From IMG/VR virus record IMGVR_UViG_3300012667_000768: DNA of 64,000 nucleotides. One strand, 5' to 3'. Numbering within the stretch: position 1 is the stretch's first letter; each line of letters opens with the position of its first letter. The notes below the pieces were generated by a model, which was not told the DNA's origin, did no database searches, and was given only the letters and a program-made list of their open reading frames with translations. The stretch is from a virus (taxonomy: Duplodnaviria > Heunggongvirae > Uroviricota > Caudoviricetes). This document shows, piece by piece, positions 41,706 to 52,343 of the stretch. A program made the position numbers and the translations under genes.

Positions 41706-43103
41706 ATGAAAAAAATTGCGATTAGTCTTATGGTAACGGCGGCTCTCCTGCCCACAATGCAGGTAGCCGCCCAAACCTATGACTCTACTACTTTAGTAGA
41801 TAGTAACAATACTTCTACTAGTACTGTTACATCAACAAATACAAATAACAATACTAATGAAAATACCAATGTCAATACTTCCACAAATACAAACTACAAT
41901 GTAAATAGTGGTACTACAACAAGTAATACTAATAACGTAAATACTTCGACAAATTCCAATACAAATACTAGTACAAACACTAATTACAATTATGGTGAGA
42001 CTACTAATAACTCAGTAATGTCTGGAAGTGTGACGTATAATAACAATAATACGACTACTGGTACAAATACTAATTATAACTACGGAGAGACAACTAGTAA
42101 CTCGGTAATGTCAGGAAGTGTTACGTATAACAATAATAACGCTTCAACTTCTTCAAATACAAACAATAACACCAACTATAACTACGGAGAGACAACTAGT
42201 AACTCGGTAATGTCAGGAAGTGTTACGTATAACAATAATAACGCCTCTACCAGTACAAACACAAATAACAATACAAACTATAGTTATGGAGAAGTTACTA
42301 ATAATAACGTATTATCTGGAAGTGTAAATTATAATAACAACAATACTACAAACGCTACAAATTATAATTATGGCGAAACTACTGTAAACAGTAATTTAAG
42401 TGGTACAGTTAATTATAATAATAATAATGTAAACACAAATACAAATAATACTACAAGTAATAATACTAATTATAACTACGGGGAAACGACCACTAATAAC
42501 AAGTTAAGTGGTAATGTAACGTATAATAACAATAATAATGTGAATTCAACCAGTAATAACACAAATACTAATATTAGTACAGGAAGTATGGTAACTAATA
42601 ATACCAATAACTCAACTAGTAATAATACAAACACAAATGTTAATACTGGTGACATGACTAATAGAAATATTAATACTTCTAATAGTACATCAAATGTAGC
42701 CACAGATAATAAAAATACTAATATAAATAAGAACGAGTCAACTATGAAAGTAGTGCAACCACCTCCAACAGCTATCGCACCATCTATGATGAGTGGTGGT
42801 AACGGTGATCTATGTACTACTGGCGTATCAGGAGCAGCTCAAACACAAGTTCTTGGTATTTCAATGGGGGCTACACGTACAGATACTAATTGTGAAAGAC
42901 TAAAGCTTTCTAAGACTTTATTTGATATGGGCATGAAAGTAGCAGCTGTCGCTACGCTATGTCAAGATCGTAGAGTATTTGATGCTATGATGGCCGCAGG
43001 CACACCATGTCCTTACGAAGGTAAGATTGGTGAAGCTGCTAAGACTCTATGGGAAGAAAACCCTGAGAACAAGCCAGGCGAAAAGAAGAAGAAAAAGAAG
43101 TGA
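41706..43103 (+). CDS. secreted Asn/Thr-rich repeat protein
   Basis: signal peptide; about 7 copies of NYNYGETTSNSVMSGSVTYNNNN; Cys-containing C-terminal domain; poly-Lys tail. Confidence 0.55.
   Translation: MKKIAISLMVTAALLPTMQVAAQTYDSTTLVDSNNTSTSTVTSTNTNNNTNENTNVNTSTNTNYNVNSGTTTSNTNNVNTSTNSNTNTSTNTNYNYGETTNNSVMSGSVTYNNNNTTTGTNTNYNYGETTSNSVMSGSVTYNNNNASTSSNTNNNTNYNYGETTSNSVMSGSVTYNNNNASTSTNTNNNTNYSYGEVTNNNVLSGSVNYNNNNTTNATNYNYGETTVNSNLSGTVNYNNNNVNTNTNNTTSNNTNYNYGETTTNNKLSGNVTYNNNNNVNSTSNNTNTNISTGSMVTNNTNNSTSNNTNTNVNTGDMTNRNINTSNSTSNVATDNKNTNINKNESTMKVVQPPPTAIAPSMMSGGNGDLCTTGVSGAAQTQVLGISMGATRTDTNCERLKLSKTLFDMGMKVAAVATLCQDRRVFDAMMAAGTPCPYEGKIGEAAKTLWEENPENKPGEKKKKKK
42076..42244 (+). repeat. 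perfect direct repeat of about 68 bp (period about 101 bp) inside the Asn-rich protein gene
   Basis: ATAACTACGGAGAGACAACTAGTAACTCGGTAATGTCAGGAAGTGTTACGTATAACAATAATAACGC occurs at 42076 and 42177. Confidence 0.7.
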
Positions 43104-45100
43104 AAAGGCTTTTAGCCTTAATTCTAGTTTTACAGTCTAGCACTTCTTTGGCTCAGACAGCTACGGAGCCAGAGGCTACGACTGTTAGGATGGGCGACGA
43201 TGGATATGTCGAAGTCCCTCTAGAGTTTGAGTTCCCTTTATTTCAGGAACTATTCTCCACTTCTTGGATGTATGACAACGGTATAATAAGTTTTATACAA
43301 CCAGGACAACCTGGTAGTATATCTCCTTACCAATGGAGTGCATTGCCGATAGATCAGGTTGGTGCTAATTATTTTATCGCTTCTTTATGGGCAGATATAG
43401 CGCCAAATTCTTCTACTAAGTATACGTATAGCGGGGACGCTACACAAATGAAATATACCTGGACTAATATAGCAGAGTTCTATAGTGCAGGGAGTTCCTC
43501 ACCTAGGTATAGTACTTTTAGTACAACTATAAAGCCAGATGGTTCAATAGGTACTAGTTTCGCTTCTGTCAATCTACAGACTTCTAATGTATCTTCTGGT
43601 GTAGTAGGAAATAAGTCGTCCGGAGAGTTTCAGTCATTTTATTATAGCTCTTATGGCAGCCCTGTTAATATAAGCGACTGGACGTACGTAGGTACTTATG
43701 TGCCTCCTCCGCCTCCACCACCACCACCGCCAGAGCCGCCTCCATTACCACCAGATCCTATACCGGTACAAGAGTTTGTTGAAGAACCAACCGTGTATGA
43801 GCCTGTAGCTCCGCAGGAATCTGCTCCACCAGCACCTGTAGCTGAGCCGCCTCCTACTCAGACAGTAGCAGCAGCAGCAGCAGAAACACCTACTCAGCAA
43901 GTAGTGCAGCAATTAATGGCACCTACGCCAGAAACTAGCATTTCTCAAACTACTCAAGCACTACCCTCAGTTTCCGCACAAGCATCCTCTGATAAGAAAA
44001 TTGTATCAGTAGATGCTCAATCAATCGCTAAAAATAATCAAAGAAACTTAGCGGCATTAACGGATTCTGTAGTGTCGACTTCTATTCAGGGTTCCATGGA
44101 ATCTGGAACAAAGTCAGCCGAGTCTAGTATGTCTTCTAGTTCTACTTCAGTATCAGGTACTAGTATCAAGGTAGGCGAACAAACTATAGCAAACGCTGTA
44201 GATAGTGTAAATCAAACTCAAAATCAGACACAAAGCATCTCTTCAGCTACGTCAGATTCTAGTAAGTCTACTTCAGCTAGCGCGACTACTTCTTCTACTC
44301 AACAAAGTAGAAATCAAACTTCGAAAGTATCTGAGGGAGGCTCAGAGCAGTCGTCTAGTTCTATGACACAGAATAGTGAGAATCAAACTCAGTCAACTTC
44401 AAAAGTATATTCGGAAGTAGCACTTGTTTCTACAAACACTACGGCTACTCAAGATCTTTCGAGTCAAATGCAGTCCACAGGACAACAGGAGACTTATCAA
44501 GCTACAGCTGTAGATCAGTATGCTTCCTTGATACAGCCACCTGTGTTCACACAGGAGCAGCAAGAGGATACTCAAGTAGTTGAACCTACTATTCAAAGTC
44601 TAGAAGATACTTTAGCTATGTTTAAACCTTATGCAGGCGCGTCCGATGTTTCATCGGAGACAGCACAAGATTTTATCAATAGTCAAATAGACGAACAGAC
44701 TTCAATTGCTAATGTAAGCACTGAAGTGGCTAATATATCGGTTACAGATGATATAAATCCTACCAGTATAAGAAGCTTATCAAATGCAGTACTAGCAATG
44801 AGAGCTATCGAGGAAGAGGAACAAAAGAAAGAAGTCGCTGATAAAGTTCCAGATAATGACCCTGCATTAGCAGAATTAGCAGAATCAGGAGCTAAACTAG
44901 AGGCCTTACAAGTAGTTCCAGTTGGATACTTTAACTATCTGAATTTAGCGTATAAAGATGTGGCTTTCTATAAAGATAGAAAAATTTACAGAAAACAAAA
45001 GGTTGTAGACAACCTAAGAATTCTTAGAGCAATCAATGCAAGAGACAATAAGACGTTCTCTAGTATGATAAATTCTCAATATAATTTAGAGGATTTCTAA
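43100..45100 (+). CDS. secreted protein with poly-Pro linker and Ser/Thr-rich region
   Basis: signal peptide; PPPPPPPPPPEPPPLPP; long Ser/Thr/Gln-rich stretch. Confidence 0.55.
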   Translation: MKRLLALILVLQSSTSLAQTATEPEATTVRMGDDGYVEVPLEFEFPLFQELFSTSWMYDNGIISFIQPGQPGSISPYQWSALPIDQVGANYFIASLWADIAPNSSTKYTYSGDATQMKYTWTNIAEFYSAGSSSPRYSTFSTTIKPDGSIGTSFASVNLQTSNVSSGVVGNKSSGEFQSFYYSSYGSPVNISDWTYVGTYVPPPPPPPPPPEPPPLPPDPIPVQEFVEEPTVYEPVAPQESAPPAPVAEPPPTQTVAAAAAETPTQQVVQQLMAPTPETSISQTTQALPSVSAQASSDKKIVSVDAQSIAKNNQRNLAALTDSVVSTSIQGSMESGTKSAESSMSSSSTSVSGTSIKVGEQTIANAVDSVNQTQNQTQSISSATSDSSKSTSASATTSSTQQSRNQTSKVSEGGSEQSSSSMTQNSENQTQSTSKVYSEVALVSTNTTATQDLSSQMQSTGQQETYQATAVDQYASLIQPPVFTQEQQEDTQVVEPTIQSLEDTLAMFKPYAGASDVSSETAQDFINSQIDEQTSIANVSTEVANISVTDDINPTSIRSLSNAVLAMRAIEEEEQKKEVADKVPDNDPALAELAESGAKLEALQVVPVGYFNYLNLAYKDVAFYKDRKIYRKQKVVDNLRILRAINARDNKTFSSMINSQYNLEDF

Positions 45101-45118
45101 GGGTTTGGAGTACTCAGT

Positions 45119-45625
45119 ATGAGTGATGAAGAAGAAAAAGAAGGTACCTCTCTAGAAATTGGTGGTATAAAGTTTACTGGGGGGAAGATGTTTGCAATCC
45201 TTACAGCTTTATCCGCCGCAGTCGGTACTTTGTATGGCGGTTTCGAAGTATATAAAGATTACATGGACATGAAGCAACAGATTCAAGAATATGTTGCTCC
45301 TGATCTAAGTAAGTACGATACTGAGCTTGGTGTCATGAACCAGAGAATGGAAAACACCGAGCGACTAACTAGAAGTAATAGTGAAATGCTAGGTATGATG
45401 AGCGACAGCATGCAAAGAGGCGTATCTAGTGCTATGAGAAGCGTTGACGTTATGGATACTAGAACTCGTGAAAACGATAGAGCCATGTCTGTAGCCAATA
45501 GAGAGCTAATGAACGAGCTGAAATCTTTCGACAGAGAGAATCAAGCTCGCATGAAGCAACTAGAAGCATCAACAGAAGAAAGAATACAAAAAACATTAGC
45601 TAACCCATTAGCTGATGATGAATAA
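45119..45625 (+). CDS. membrane-anchored coiled-coil protein
   Basis: one TM helix followed by coiled coil; directly upstream of the large terminase gene. Confidence 0.5.
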   Translation: MSDEEEKEGTSLEIGGIKFTGGKMFAILTALSAAVGTLYGGFEVYKDYMDMKQQIQEYVAPDLSKYDTELGVMNQRMENTERLTRSNSEMLGMMSDSMQRGVSSAMRSVDVMDTRTRENDRAMSVANRELMNELKSFDRENQARMKQLEASTEERIQKTLANPLADDE

Positions 45626-45641
45626 GGAAGTTTATACCTAA

Positions 45642-46928
45642 ATGTTAGTAAGTAGAGCAGATATTCCCACAGACGTAATCGTCCAGTACCCTCAGGCATT
45701 TATGAAGGTACCTATCGGTAATTATCTAAAAGAATTAGACGTAGACCCATTGCCATCACAGATAGCACTAGTAAATGGTATAAATAATCCAAAGTACCGC
45801 TTTGGATGTGCTGCTCTATCTCGACGTCAAGGTAAAACTTATATAGCAAATATTGTGGGCCAGGTAGTAGCTTTAGTACCTGGCTCACATGTGCTTATCA
45901 TGGCTCCAAACTATTCTCTATCTCAGATTTCTTTTGATCTACAAAGAAACCTAATAAAGAAGTTCGGACTAGAGGTAACTAAAGATAATGCTAAAGACAA
46001 AGTTATTGAGCTATCTAACGGCTCCACTGTCAGAATCGGTTCAGTCAATCAAGTTGACAGTTGCGTTGGTCGTTCATACGATCTTATCATTTTTGACGAA
46101 GCCGCGCTAACAGATGGGATGGAAGCTTTCAATGTAGCACTTCGTCCTACACTTGATAAGCCTAATTCAAAGGCGCTATTTATTTCGACTCCTCGTGGTA
46201 AAAACAATTGGTTCTCAACTCTCTTCGATAGAGGATTTAGAGACGATTTCCCCGAGTGGTTCTCTGTAAAAGCGACTTGGAAAGATAATCCAAGAATGAC
46301 AGAGAGCGACGTTGCCGAAGCTCGTCGCTCCATGAGCGAAGCTGAATTCCGTCAGGAATATGAAGCCGACTTCTCAATCTTCGAAGGTAAGATTTGGCAA
46401 GTACAATCAGAGTGTATACGTCCATTTGAACTTAATTTTAAGAAATGCGATGTGTTCGCAGGGCTCGACCTTGGATTTAGAGATCCTACTGCGATGTGTG
46501 TAGTAGCCTTCTCATGGGAAGATGAAAACTTCTACCTATTAGATGAGTATCTAAATAATGAAGAAGTTACTTCCGGACATGCGCGAGAGATAAAGAAGCT
46601 AATAGATAAGTGGAACATCGACTATATCTATATCGACTCTGCCAACCAGCAGCAGAGATATGACTTCGCACAAGAATACGATATACCTACTACTAATGCT
46701 AAGAAATCAGTATTAGACGGAATAGGCTATATTGCCTCATTGGCAGATAATAACAAAATTATTATCGACCCAGAATTACATCACGTGCTTCACGCATTCG
46801 ACCAATATCAGTGGGATCCGAATGGAGCACTACAAAGGGAAAAGCCCTTACATAATGATGCCTCGCACATGGCCGACGCTCTTAGGTACGCGCTTTATAG
46901 TTATAAAACTAACGTAGGAGGTTTTTAA
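45642..46928 (+). CDS. terL: terminase large subunit
   Basis: Walker A SRRQGKTY, Walker B YDLIIFDEA; C-terminal nuclease-like acidic residues. Confidence 0.75.
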   Translation: MLVSRADIPTDVIVQYPQAFMKVPIGNYLKELDVDPLPSQIALVNGINNPKYRFGCAALSRRQGKTYIANIVGQVVALVPGSHVLIMAPNYSLSQISFDLQRNLIKKFGLEVTKDNAKDKVIELSNGSTVRIGSVNQVDSCVGRSYDLIIFDEAALTDGMEAFNVALRPTLDKPNSKALFISTPRGKNNWFSTLFDRGFRDDFPEWFSVKATWKDNPRMTESDVAEARRSMSEAEFRQEYEADFSIFEGKIWQVQSECIRPFELNFKKCDVFAGLDLGFRDPTAMCVVAFSWEDENFYLLDEYLNNEEVTSGHAREIKKLIDKWNIDYIYIDSANQQQRYDFAQEYDIPTTNAKKSVLDGIGYIASLADNNKIIIDPELHHVLHAFDQYQWDPNGALQREKPLHNDASHMADALRYALYSYKTNVGGF

Positions 46929-47245
46929 TGATCGTTTTGATGCAAGGAGAGAGTCTTCTCCTACCTGCTACTGTTACTGGATCTAAATCGCAAATAGAAA
47001 ATCTAACAGTAGAACTAAAGAGATCTACACGTGGAGAAGTTCCACCAGAATCAGCGGCTACAGTAGCTACACTAGCTATCCAAAATTATACCGCCGATGA
47101 AATAACAAATGGCTACTTATTCAGCCTAGATAACACTACTACTCTAGCATTAGGGATCTACTATGTTAACTATTCATATGAAGTAGGTAATAGGATTTAT
47201 AAAGGTACGCCATTAAGAGTAGTAGTTAAAGAGAGCGTTATATGA
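46928..47245 (+). CDS. hypothetical protein
   Basis: 105-aa ORF. Confidence 0.5.
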   Translation: MIVLMQGESLLLPATVTGSKSQIENLTVELKRSTRGEVPPESAATVATLAIQNYTADEITNGYLFSLDNTTTLALGIYYVNYSYEVGNRIYKGTPLRVVVKESVI

Positions 47246-47401
47246 TTGTACTACAGCCTCAGATAGACGCTAGAGCAGTAAAAGTAGATTGGTACTTTGC
47301 TGACGAGAGACCTAAGGTGGATGACGGATCCCCTAGAGAAGTTCATCCAAGCTTTATTTTAAACGAGAGATACGAAGTTTGGTCTTCTACGGAGTGGTAA
47401 T

Positions 47402-47593
47402 ATGGCATATGTAAGATTTTTTAAAGTAACTAGTTTGCCCGTTACTCCAGAGCCAGATGCATTTTATTATGTGGAAAACGATGAGTACGCAGAAGCTTAT
47501 CTCACCGATACTTCAGGTGTAGCAAAAAAGATTGGTAATACAGATATGATTGAAGAATTAACGCAAGACATTAATGCGGGATTCTTCAGTTAA
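47402..47593 (+). CDS. hypothetical protein
   Basis: 63-aa ORF. Confidence 0.45.
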   Translation: MAYVRFFKVTSLPVTPEPDAFYYVENDEYAEAYLTDTSGVAKKIGNTDMIEELTQDINAGFFS

Positions 47594-47626
47594 CAAAATA
47601 TTACCGTACCATCGGCAATTTGCACC

Positions 47627-47655
47627 TTGACTTTCGATCCTCAAACTAATATAAT
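47627..47655 (+). promoter_or_regulatory. promoter TTGACT-N17-TATAAT upstream of the HNH gene
   Basis: perfect hexamers. Confidence 0.55.
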
Positions 47656-47678
47656 TGCAAATAACAAAAGGAGAAAAA

Positions 47679-48071
47679 ATGTCTGGAACAGCATTATTGC
47701 GCGACCCTATCAAATATGTTAGGGACCGAGCAAAGGCCAGATACAAAAAAGGATCTCATTGTGAAATTTGTGAGACCACAGATAACCTTGACTTTCACCA
47801 CTATTATACGATGACTCCATTGTTTAATAAGTGGTGCAAGATTAAGGGATATACAGTAAAAATTGTTGACGATATCTTAAACATTAGAGATGAATTTATC
47901 AAAGAAGAAGAGGATAAAGTCTACAACAAAACAGTAACTCTGTGCCACGAACATCATATGAAGCTCCACAGTGTATATGGAAAAGACCCAGCTCTGACTA
48001 CCGCTGAAAAGCAGATGAATTGGGTACGGATTCAAAGGGAGAAGTATGAAGCTAGGAAGTTGGCTAGTTGA
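47679..48071 (+). CDS. HNH endonuclease
   Basis: CEICETTDNLDFHHYY...TLCHEHHMKLH; Shine-Dalgarno AAAGGAGAAAAA; own promoter; between the terminase and portal genes. Confidence 0.7.
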   Translation: MSGTALLRDPIKYVRDRAKARYKKGSHCEICETTDNLDFHHYYTMTPLFNKWCKIKGYTVKIVDDILNIRDEFIKEEEDKVYNKTVTLCHEHHMKLHSVYGKDPALTTAEKQMNWVRIQREKYEARKLAS

Positions 48072-49227
48072 AAAGTTAAATCCGGCTCAACGATGGATAG
48101 CTCAAGAAAACCCTGAGAGTTCCACAACAGAGCCAGAACGCACATATATTTTCTACTATGAAGCCTTAGAAATCGTTAACCGAGCAGTTAATATGGTTGT
48201 AGATGATGCAGCAGAAATTAACTACGCAATCGGCACAGAAAAAATCGGGTTTCCAGTAGTAAGCGGGGTTAAGAGAAAAACAGTTGAGACACTGTTAAAT
48301 GTTCAACCTAACCCCTATCAAGATATTCATTCGTTTAGACGAAATCTTATAATGGATTTCCTACTAGACGGAAACATGTTTATGTATTTTGATGGAGTAT
48401 ATCTCTATCACTTACCAGCAAATAAAGTCACAATTCATGCCGATCCAGAAACATACGTGGAAAGATATGAATTTGACGGAAGATTAGACTATTTCCCTAA
48501 TGAAATAATTCATATTAAGGATAATAGTTCACAATCAATATACAGAGGATCATCTAGACTAAGACCAGCTGTCAGAACTATGAAGCTGATGAAGTCTATG
48601 AGAGATTTTCAGGATAACTTCTTTAAGAACGGGGCAGTACCTGGACTTGTAATCAAGCACCCAGATACTCTTAGCCAACGTATTAAAGATCGTATGAAAG
48701 AAGATTGGAAACAAGCCTATAGACCTCAGTCTGGCGGCAGAAACCCAATGATTCTAGACGGCGGCATGGAGGTAGATTCTATCTCGAATGTTAATTTCAA
48801 GGATCTAGACTTCGGTGCATCAATTGATGCCAACGAAAAGATTATTCTAAAGGCTCTTGGAGTTCCTCCTGTTCTCATTGATAGTGGAAATAACGCTAAT
48901 CTAAGACCAAATCACAGATTATATTATCTCGAAACAATTATTCCAGTAATAAAGAAGTTAAACTCTGCATACCAGATGTTCTTTGGATTCGAGATTTTTG
49001 AAGACGTAGCCGGTATTCCAGCTCTTCAACCAGAATTAAGAGATGAAGCAGCTTATTACTCCACACTAGTTAATGGCGGAATTATTACTCCGAATGAGGC
49101 TAGAAAGGGAATGGGCATGGACCCTCTCGCTACAGATGGTGATGAGATCCGCATACCGCAAAATATTGCGGGTAGTGCGGCGAATCCAAGTACAGGCGGA
49201 AGACCCGCAGGGGATAATAATGAGTAG
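48046..49227 (+). CDS. portal protein
   Basis: 393 aa, position between the large terminase and the protease-capsid gene. Confidence 0.6.
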   Translation: MKLGSWLVEKLNPAQRWIAQENPESSTTEPERTYIFYYEALEIVNRAVNMVVDDAAEINYAIGTEKIGFPVVSGVKRKTVETLLNVQPNPYQDIHSFRRNLIMDFLLDGNMFMYFDGVYLYHLPANKVTIHADPETYVERYEFDGRLDYFPNEIIHIKDNSSQSIYRGSSRLRPAVRTMKLMKSMRDFQDNFFKNGAVPGLVIKHPDTLSQRIKDRMKEDWKQAYRPQSGGRNPMILDGGMEVDSISNVNFKDLDFGASIDANEKIILKALGVPPVLIDSGNNANLRPNHRLYYLETIIPVIKKLNSAYQMFFGFEIFEDVAGIPALQPELRDEAAYYSTLVNGGIITPNEARKGMGMDPLATDGDEIRIPQNIAGSAANPSTGGRPAGDNNE

Positions 49228-49501
49228 ACAAATTTTAATCGAAACATTAAAAGATTACTTTACCGCAAAAGGTAAGTTTCTTACAATGGACGAGTACAAA
49301 GAACAAGCAGACGCTCCTTACCGCTTTCAGATTGTTAAAAGAACAGTAGGAAGTTGGAGCCGTCTAAAAGGTTTAATAGGTGATATTTCAGCTCCAGTAG
49401 CTGCAGTAGCTCCAAAGCAACCAGCACCTAAACCAGTAGCTGCTAAACCAGCTCCTGCTGCTCCAGAAGCAGAAGCAGGAGCGACAGAAGCTAATGGCTA
49501 A
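49220..49501 (+). CDS. hypothetical protein (Ala/Pro-rich C-terminus)
   Basis: start MSRQILIE overlaps the portal stop. Confidence 0.4.
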   Translation: MSRQILIETLKDYFTAKGKFLTMDEYKEQADAPYRFQIVKRTVGSWSRLKGLIGDISAPVAAVAPKQPAPKPVAAKPAPAAPEAEAGATEANG

Positions 49502-52280
49502 AGTAGGTGGAGAGGAAATAAGCCTCACCCCTACAGACAGCATGGCTAGTGAAGCACAAAGAGGGCTTGACTGGAGAGAAGATGGATTTGACGGAGGTAC
49601 GCCAATTGGTTTAGCTAGAGCTAGACAATTAGTGAATAGACAAGAGCTATCACCAAGTACCGTACGAAGAATGCACAGCTTCTTCAGCAGACATGAGGTG
49701 GATAAACAAGGCGAAGGATTTAGTCCTGGTGAGCCTGGTTATCCTTCAAATGGCAGAGTAGCCTGGGCTTTATGGGGTGGTGACGCCGGTCAGACATGGG
49801 CAAGAGCAAAATCAGCAACTCTAGATAGACTAGAAGGTAAATCTATAGACTATACTAAAGAGTTTTCAGAAGATTTTGGCTCTTCATGTCCAGCAGTTAC
49901 ACATGACGAATTACTCAACGTACAGAATCATTTAGTAACAATACAAGAAGCAAATTTAGGACCAGCAGATCCTACAGCTCCAGAGAACGAGTTCTGGGCC
50001 AATATGGCCGAGACATGGTCTATGTCAGAGCAGGAAGCAAGAGCTCGTCAGTGTCAAAACTGCGAATACTATAAGAATAGTCCTAAAATAATTGACTGCT
50101 TAAATTCTTCTGAATTTAAAGCATCAATGCTTCCAGTAGAGCCTAAGTGGGCAGATACAGATCCAGTAAGTGGATACTGTACTAAGTTTGACATAACTTG
50201 CTCTGCTAGACGTACTTGCTCAGAATGGGATAAACAAAAGTTTATGCCAGAAGATGAAGATGAGGAAGGTCAAGACGAGTCTTCAATGATGGAGCTAAGT
50301 GCTAGAGGAAAAGCTATGAACAAGATTTTTAAGTTAGATTCTTCTATTAAATCTATTAAAGAAGATGAAGACGAACTAAAAATTACAGGTTACGCAAGTA
50401 CAAATGCTATGGATAGATCATGCGATCGCATACTTCCAACAGCTTGGACTAAAGGCGGACTAAAGAATTTCAAAACAAATCCTATACTATTATTTAATCA
50501 TAACTATGACAAGCCAATAGGCAAAGTAATAGCAATGGGTACGGACAGTAAAGGGCTACAGATTAAAGGAGTCATCAGTAAAAGCGCTGGCGACGTCTAT
50601 AATCTTGTGAAGGAAGGTGTTTTATCAACTTTCTCAGTCGGATTTTTAATCAAAGACGCAGAATACGATAAACAGGTCGATGGGCTAGTTGTTAAAGACG
50701 CCGAACTCTTAGAGGTATCAGTAGTATCTGTACCTTGCAACCAAGATGCTACATTCTCGGTAGCTAAGTCATTCGATAATCAGGATGATTATCTAAAATT
50801 TAAACAACAATTTTTTGACAATGCTCTAGGTGGTCAGCCTCTCGCTGAAGAAACCAGAGGCTCATCAGAGGACGCTGCAAAAGAAAAGGCGTCAAGGAAA
50901 TTAACAATGGACGAACAAAACGATATGATTCAGAAGGCCGTAGCTGCTGCTCTAGAAGCCTCAGATAAGGCTCGCGCCGAAAAGGCTGCTGCTGAGCAAG
51001 CAGAAAAGAAGGCTGCTGAAGAAATGGAAGCTAAGGTTGCTACTGCTACTGCAAAGGTACTAGCTTCTTCAGAAGAAAAACTTTATGCTGAACTAGAAAA
51101 GCGCTTCCAGGATAAGGAAGTAAACCTAGAAAAGGCTCTAGAAGGTCTACGTGGCGAACTAGCTGAAAAGTCAGTTGAACTACAGGCTATCAGCCAGTCA
51201 AAGAGAGTATTCTCAGACCGTAACGATAACGGAAGCTGGAAGAAGACTTTCGCTCCTGATATGGAAAATGCATACCTACTAGGACGCATCACAAAGAAGG
51301 GATATGACACAAACTTTGGTCGCTCACTTCTAGAAAAGGTAAACGCTCACTCATCAGTTCAGGTCTCATCAGCAGACTTCGAACAGGAAGTTTCATCAAA
51401 CATCGAACGCGACATTCAGAACGAACTAATCCTCGCTCCAATGTTCCGTGAAATCGCGATGAACACAGCTTCAATGATCCTACCAATCATGCCAGATAGC
51501 GGCTACGCCGAAATCACAGGTAATGCTGGATCAACAGACGCAACAAATCCAAATGGTACACTAGAATCACGCGGCGGAACAAACCGTGGCGGTATCGCTC
51601 TAAGCGAAGTCGAACTACGTACTGTAAAGATGGTTGCAAAGAGCTATCTAGGCAACGAAACAGAAGAAGATGCAATTCTTCCTATTCTTCCACTACTACG
51701 TGAAGCAATGATCCGCTCACACGCACGTGGCGTAGAAAATATGATCCTACTTGGTGGACACGCAGACGGCGCTTACTCAAGCATCACAGCTGCTTCAGGT
51801 CTTCTAAAGTATGCATCAAGCAGCTCACGTGATGTAGCTGCTGCCGGTACTGCAACAGCTCTAACAGCTGCTGCGCTACTTGGTCTACGTAAGCAGATGG
51901 GCAAGTATGGCCTACGTGCTAATGATGTTGCTTACATCGTTTCACAACAGTGCTACTTTGAACTACTAGAAGATGCTGAGTTCCAGGACTTCAACCTAGT
52001 TAACACCCAAGCAACAAAGCTAACTGGTGAAGTTGGTCAGGTATTCGGTTCAGCAGTAATGGTATGTGACGAGTTCCCAACAGCAGCCGCCGGTAAGTAT
52101 CACGCTCTAGCTGTCAACAAGCGCAACTTCGTAATCCCACGTCAACGTGGTGTTACTGTAGAAAGCGACTACCTAGTTGAAGATCAGCACAGAGTGCTTG
52201 TAACTTCACAGCGTCTTGGCTTCAAGGAAATCATCCCAGGTGCTAAGTCTGTAATCGGTCTAAAGTACGCTGCTTCATAA
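49494..52280 (+). CDS. prohead protease, scaffold-like coiled coil and HK97-fold major capsid fusion protein, with an extra Cys-rich N-terminal domain
   Basis: 928 aa; protease-like block KITGYASTNAMDRSCDRILP...LLFNHNYDKPIG; coiled-coil, Ala/Glu/Lys-rich middle; capsid-like C-terminus; strong terminator follows. Confidence 0.6.
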   Translation: MAKVGGEEISLTPTDSMASEAQRGLDWREDGFDGGTPIGLARARQLVNRQELSPSTVRRMHSFFSRHEVDKQGEGFSPGEPGYPSNGRVAWALWGGDAGQTWARAKSATLDRLEGKSIDYTKEFSEDFGSSCPAVTHDELLNVQNHLVTIQEANLGPADPTAPENEFWANMAETWSMSEQEARARQCQNCEYYKNSPKIIDCLNSSEFKASMLPVEPKWADTDPVSGYCTKFDITCSARRTCSEWDKQKFMPEDEDEEGQDESSMMELSARGKAMNKIFKLDSSIKSIKEDEDELKITGYASTNAMDRSCDRILPTAWTKGGLKNFKTNPILLFNHNYDKPIGKVIAMGTDSKGLQIKGVISKSAGDVYNLVKEGVLSTFSVGFLIKDAEYDKQVDGLVVKDAELLEVSVVSVPCNQDATFSVAKSFDNQDDYLKFKQQFFDNALGGQPLAEETRGSSEDAAKEKASRKLTMDEQNDMIQKAVAAALEASDKARAEKAAAEQAEKKAAEEMEAKVATATAKVLASSEEKLYAELEKRFQDKEVNLEKALEGLRGELAEKSVELQAISQSKRVFSDRNDNGSWKKTFAPDMENAYLLGRITKKGYDTNFGRSLLEKVNAHSSVQVSSADFEQEVSSNIERDIQNELILAPMFREIAMNTASMILPIMPDSGYAEITGNAGSTDATNPNGTLESRGGTNRGGIALSEVELRTVKMVAKSYLGNETEEDAILPILPLLREAMIRSHARGVENMILLGGHADGAYSSITAASGLLKYASSSSRDVAAAGTATALTAAALLGLRKQMGKYGLRANDVAYIVSQQCYFELLEDAEFQDFNLVNTQATKLTGEVGQVFGSAVMVCDEFPTAAAGKYHALAVNKRNFVIPRQRGVTVESDYLVEDQHRVLVTSQRLGFKEIIPGAKSVIGLKYAAS

Positions 52281-52295
52281 TTGAAATAGCTGGGA

Positions 52296-52330
52296 AGGGG
52301 GTTGCTGCTACCAGCAGCCCCCTTTCTTAT
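52296..52330 (+). terminator. intrinsic terminator after the capsid gene
   Basis: GC-rich hairpin GGGGGTTGCTGC..GCAGCCCCC followed by TTTCTTATT. Confidence 0.6.
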
Positions 52331-52343
52331 TGGAGTAAAATAA

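Noticed and set aside
41800-42700. Tandem DNA repeats that could be mistaken for a CRISPR or tandem-repeat array
   Set aside because: The repeats are in-frame coding repeats of the Asn-rich protein. They lack a spacer/repeat architecture and there are no cas genes.
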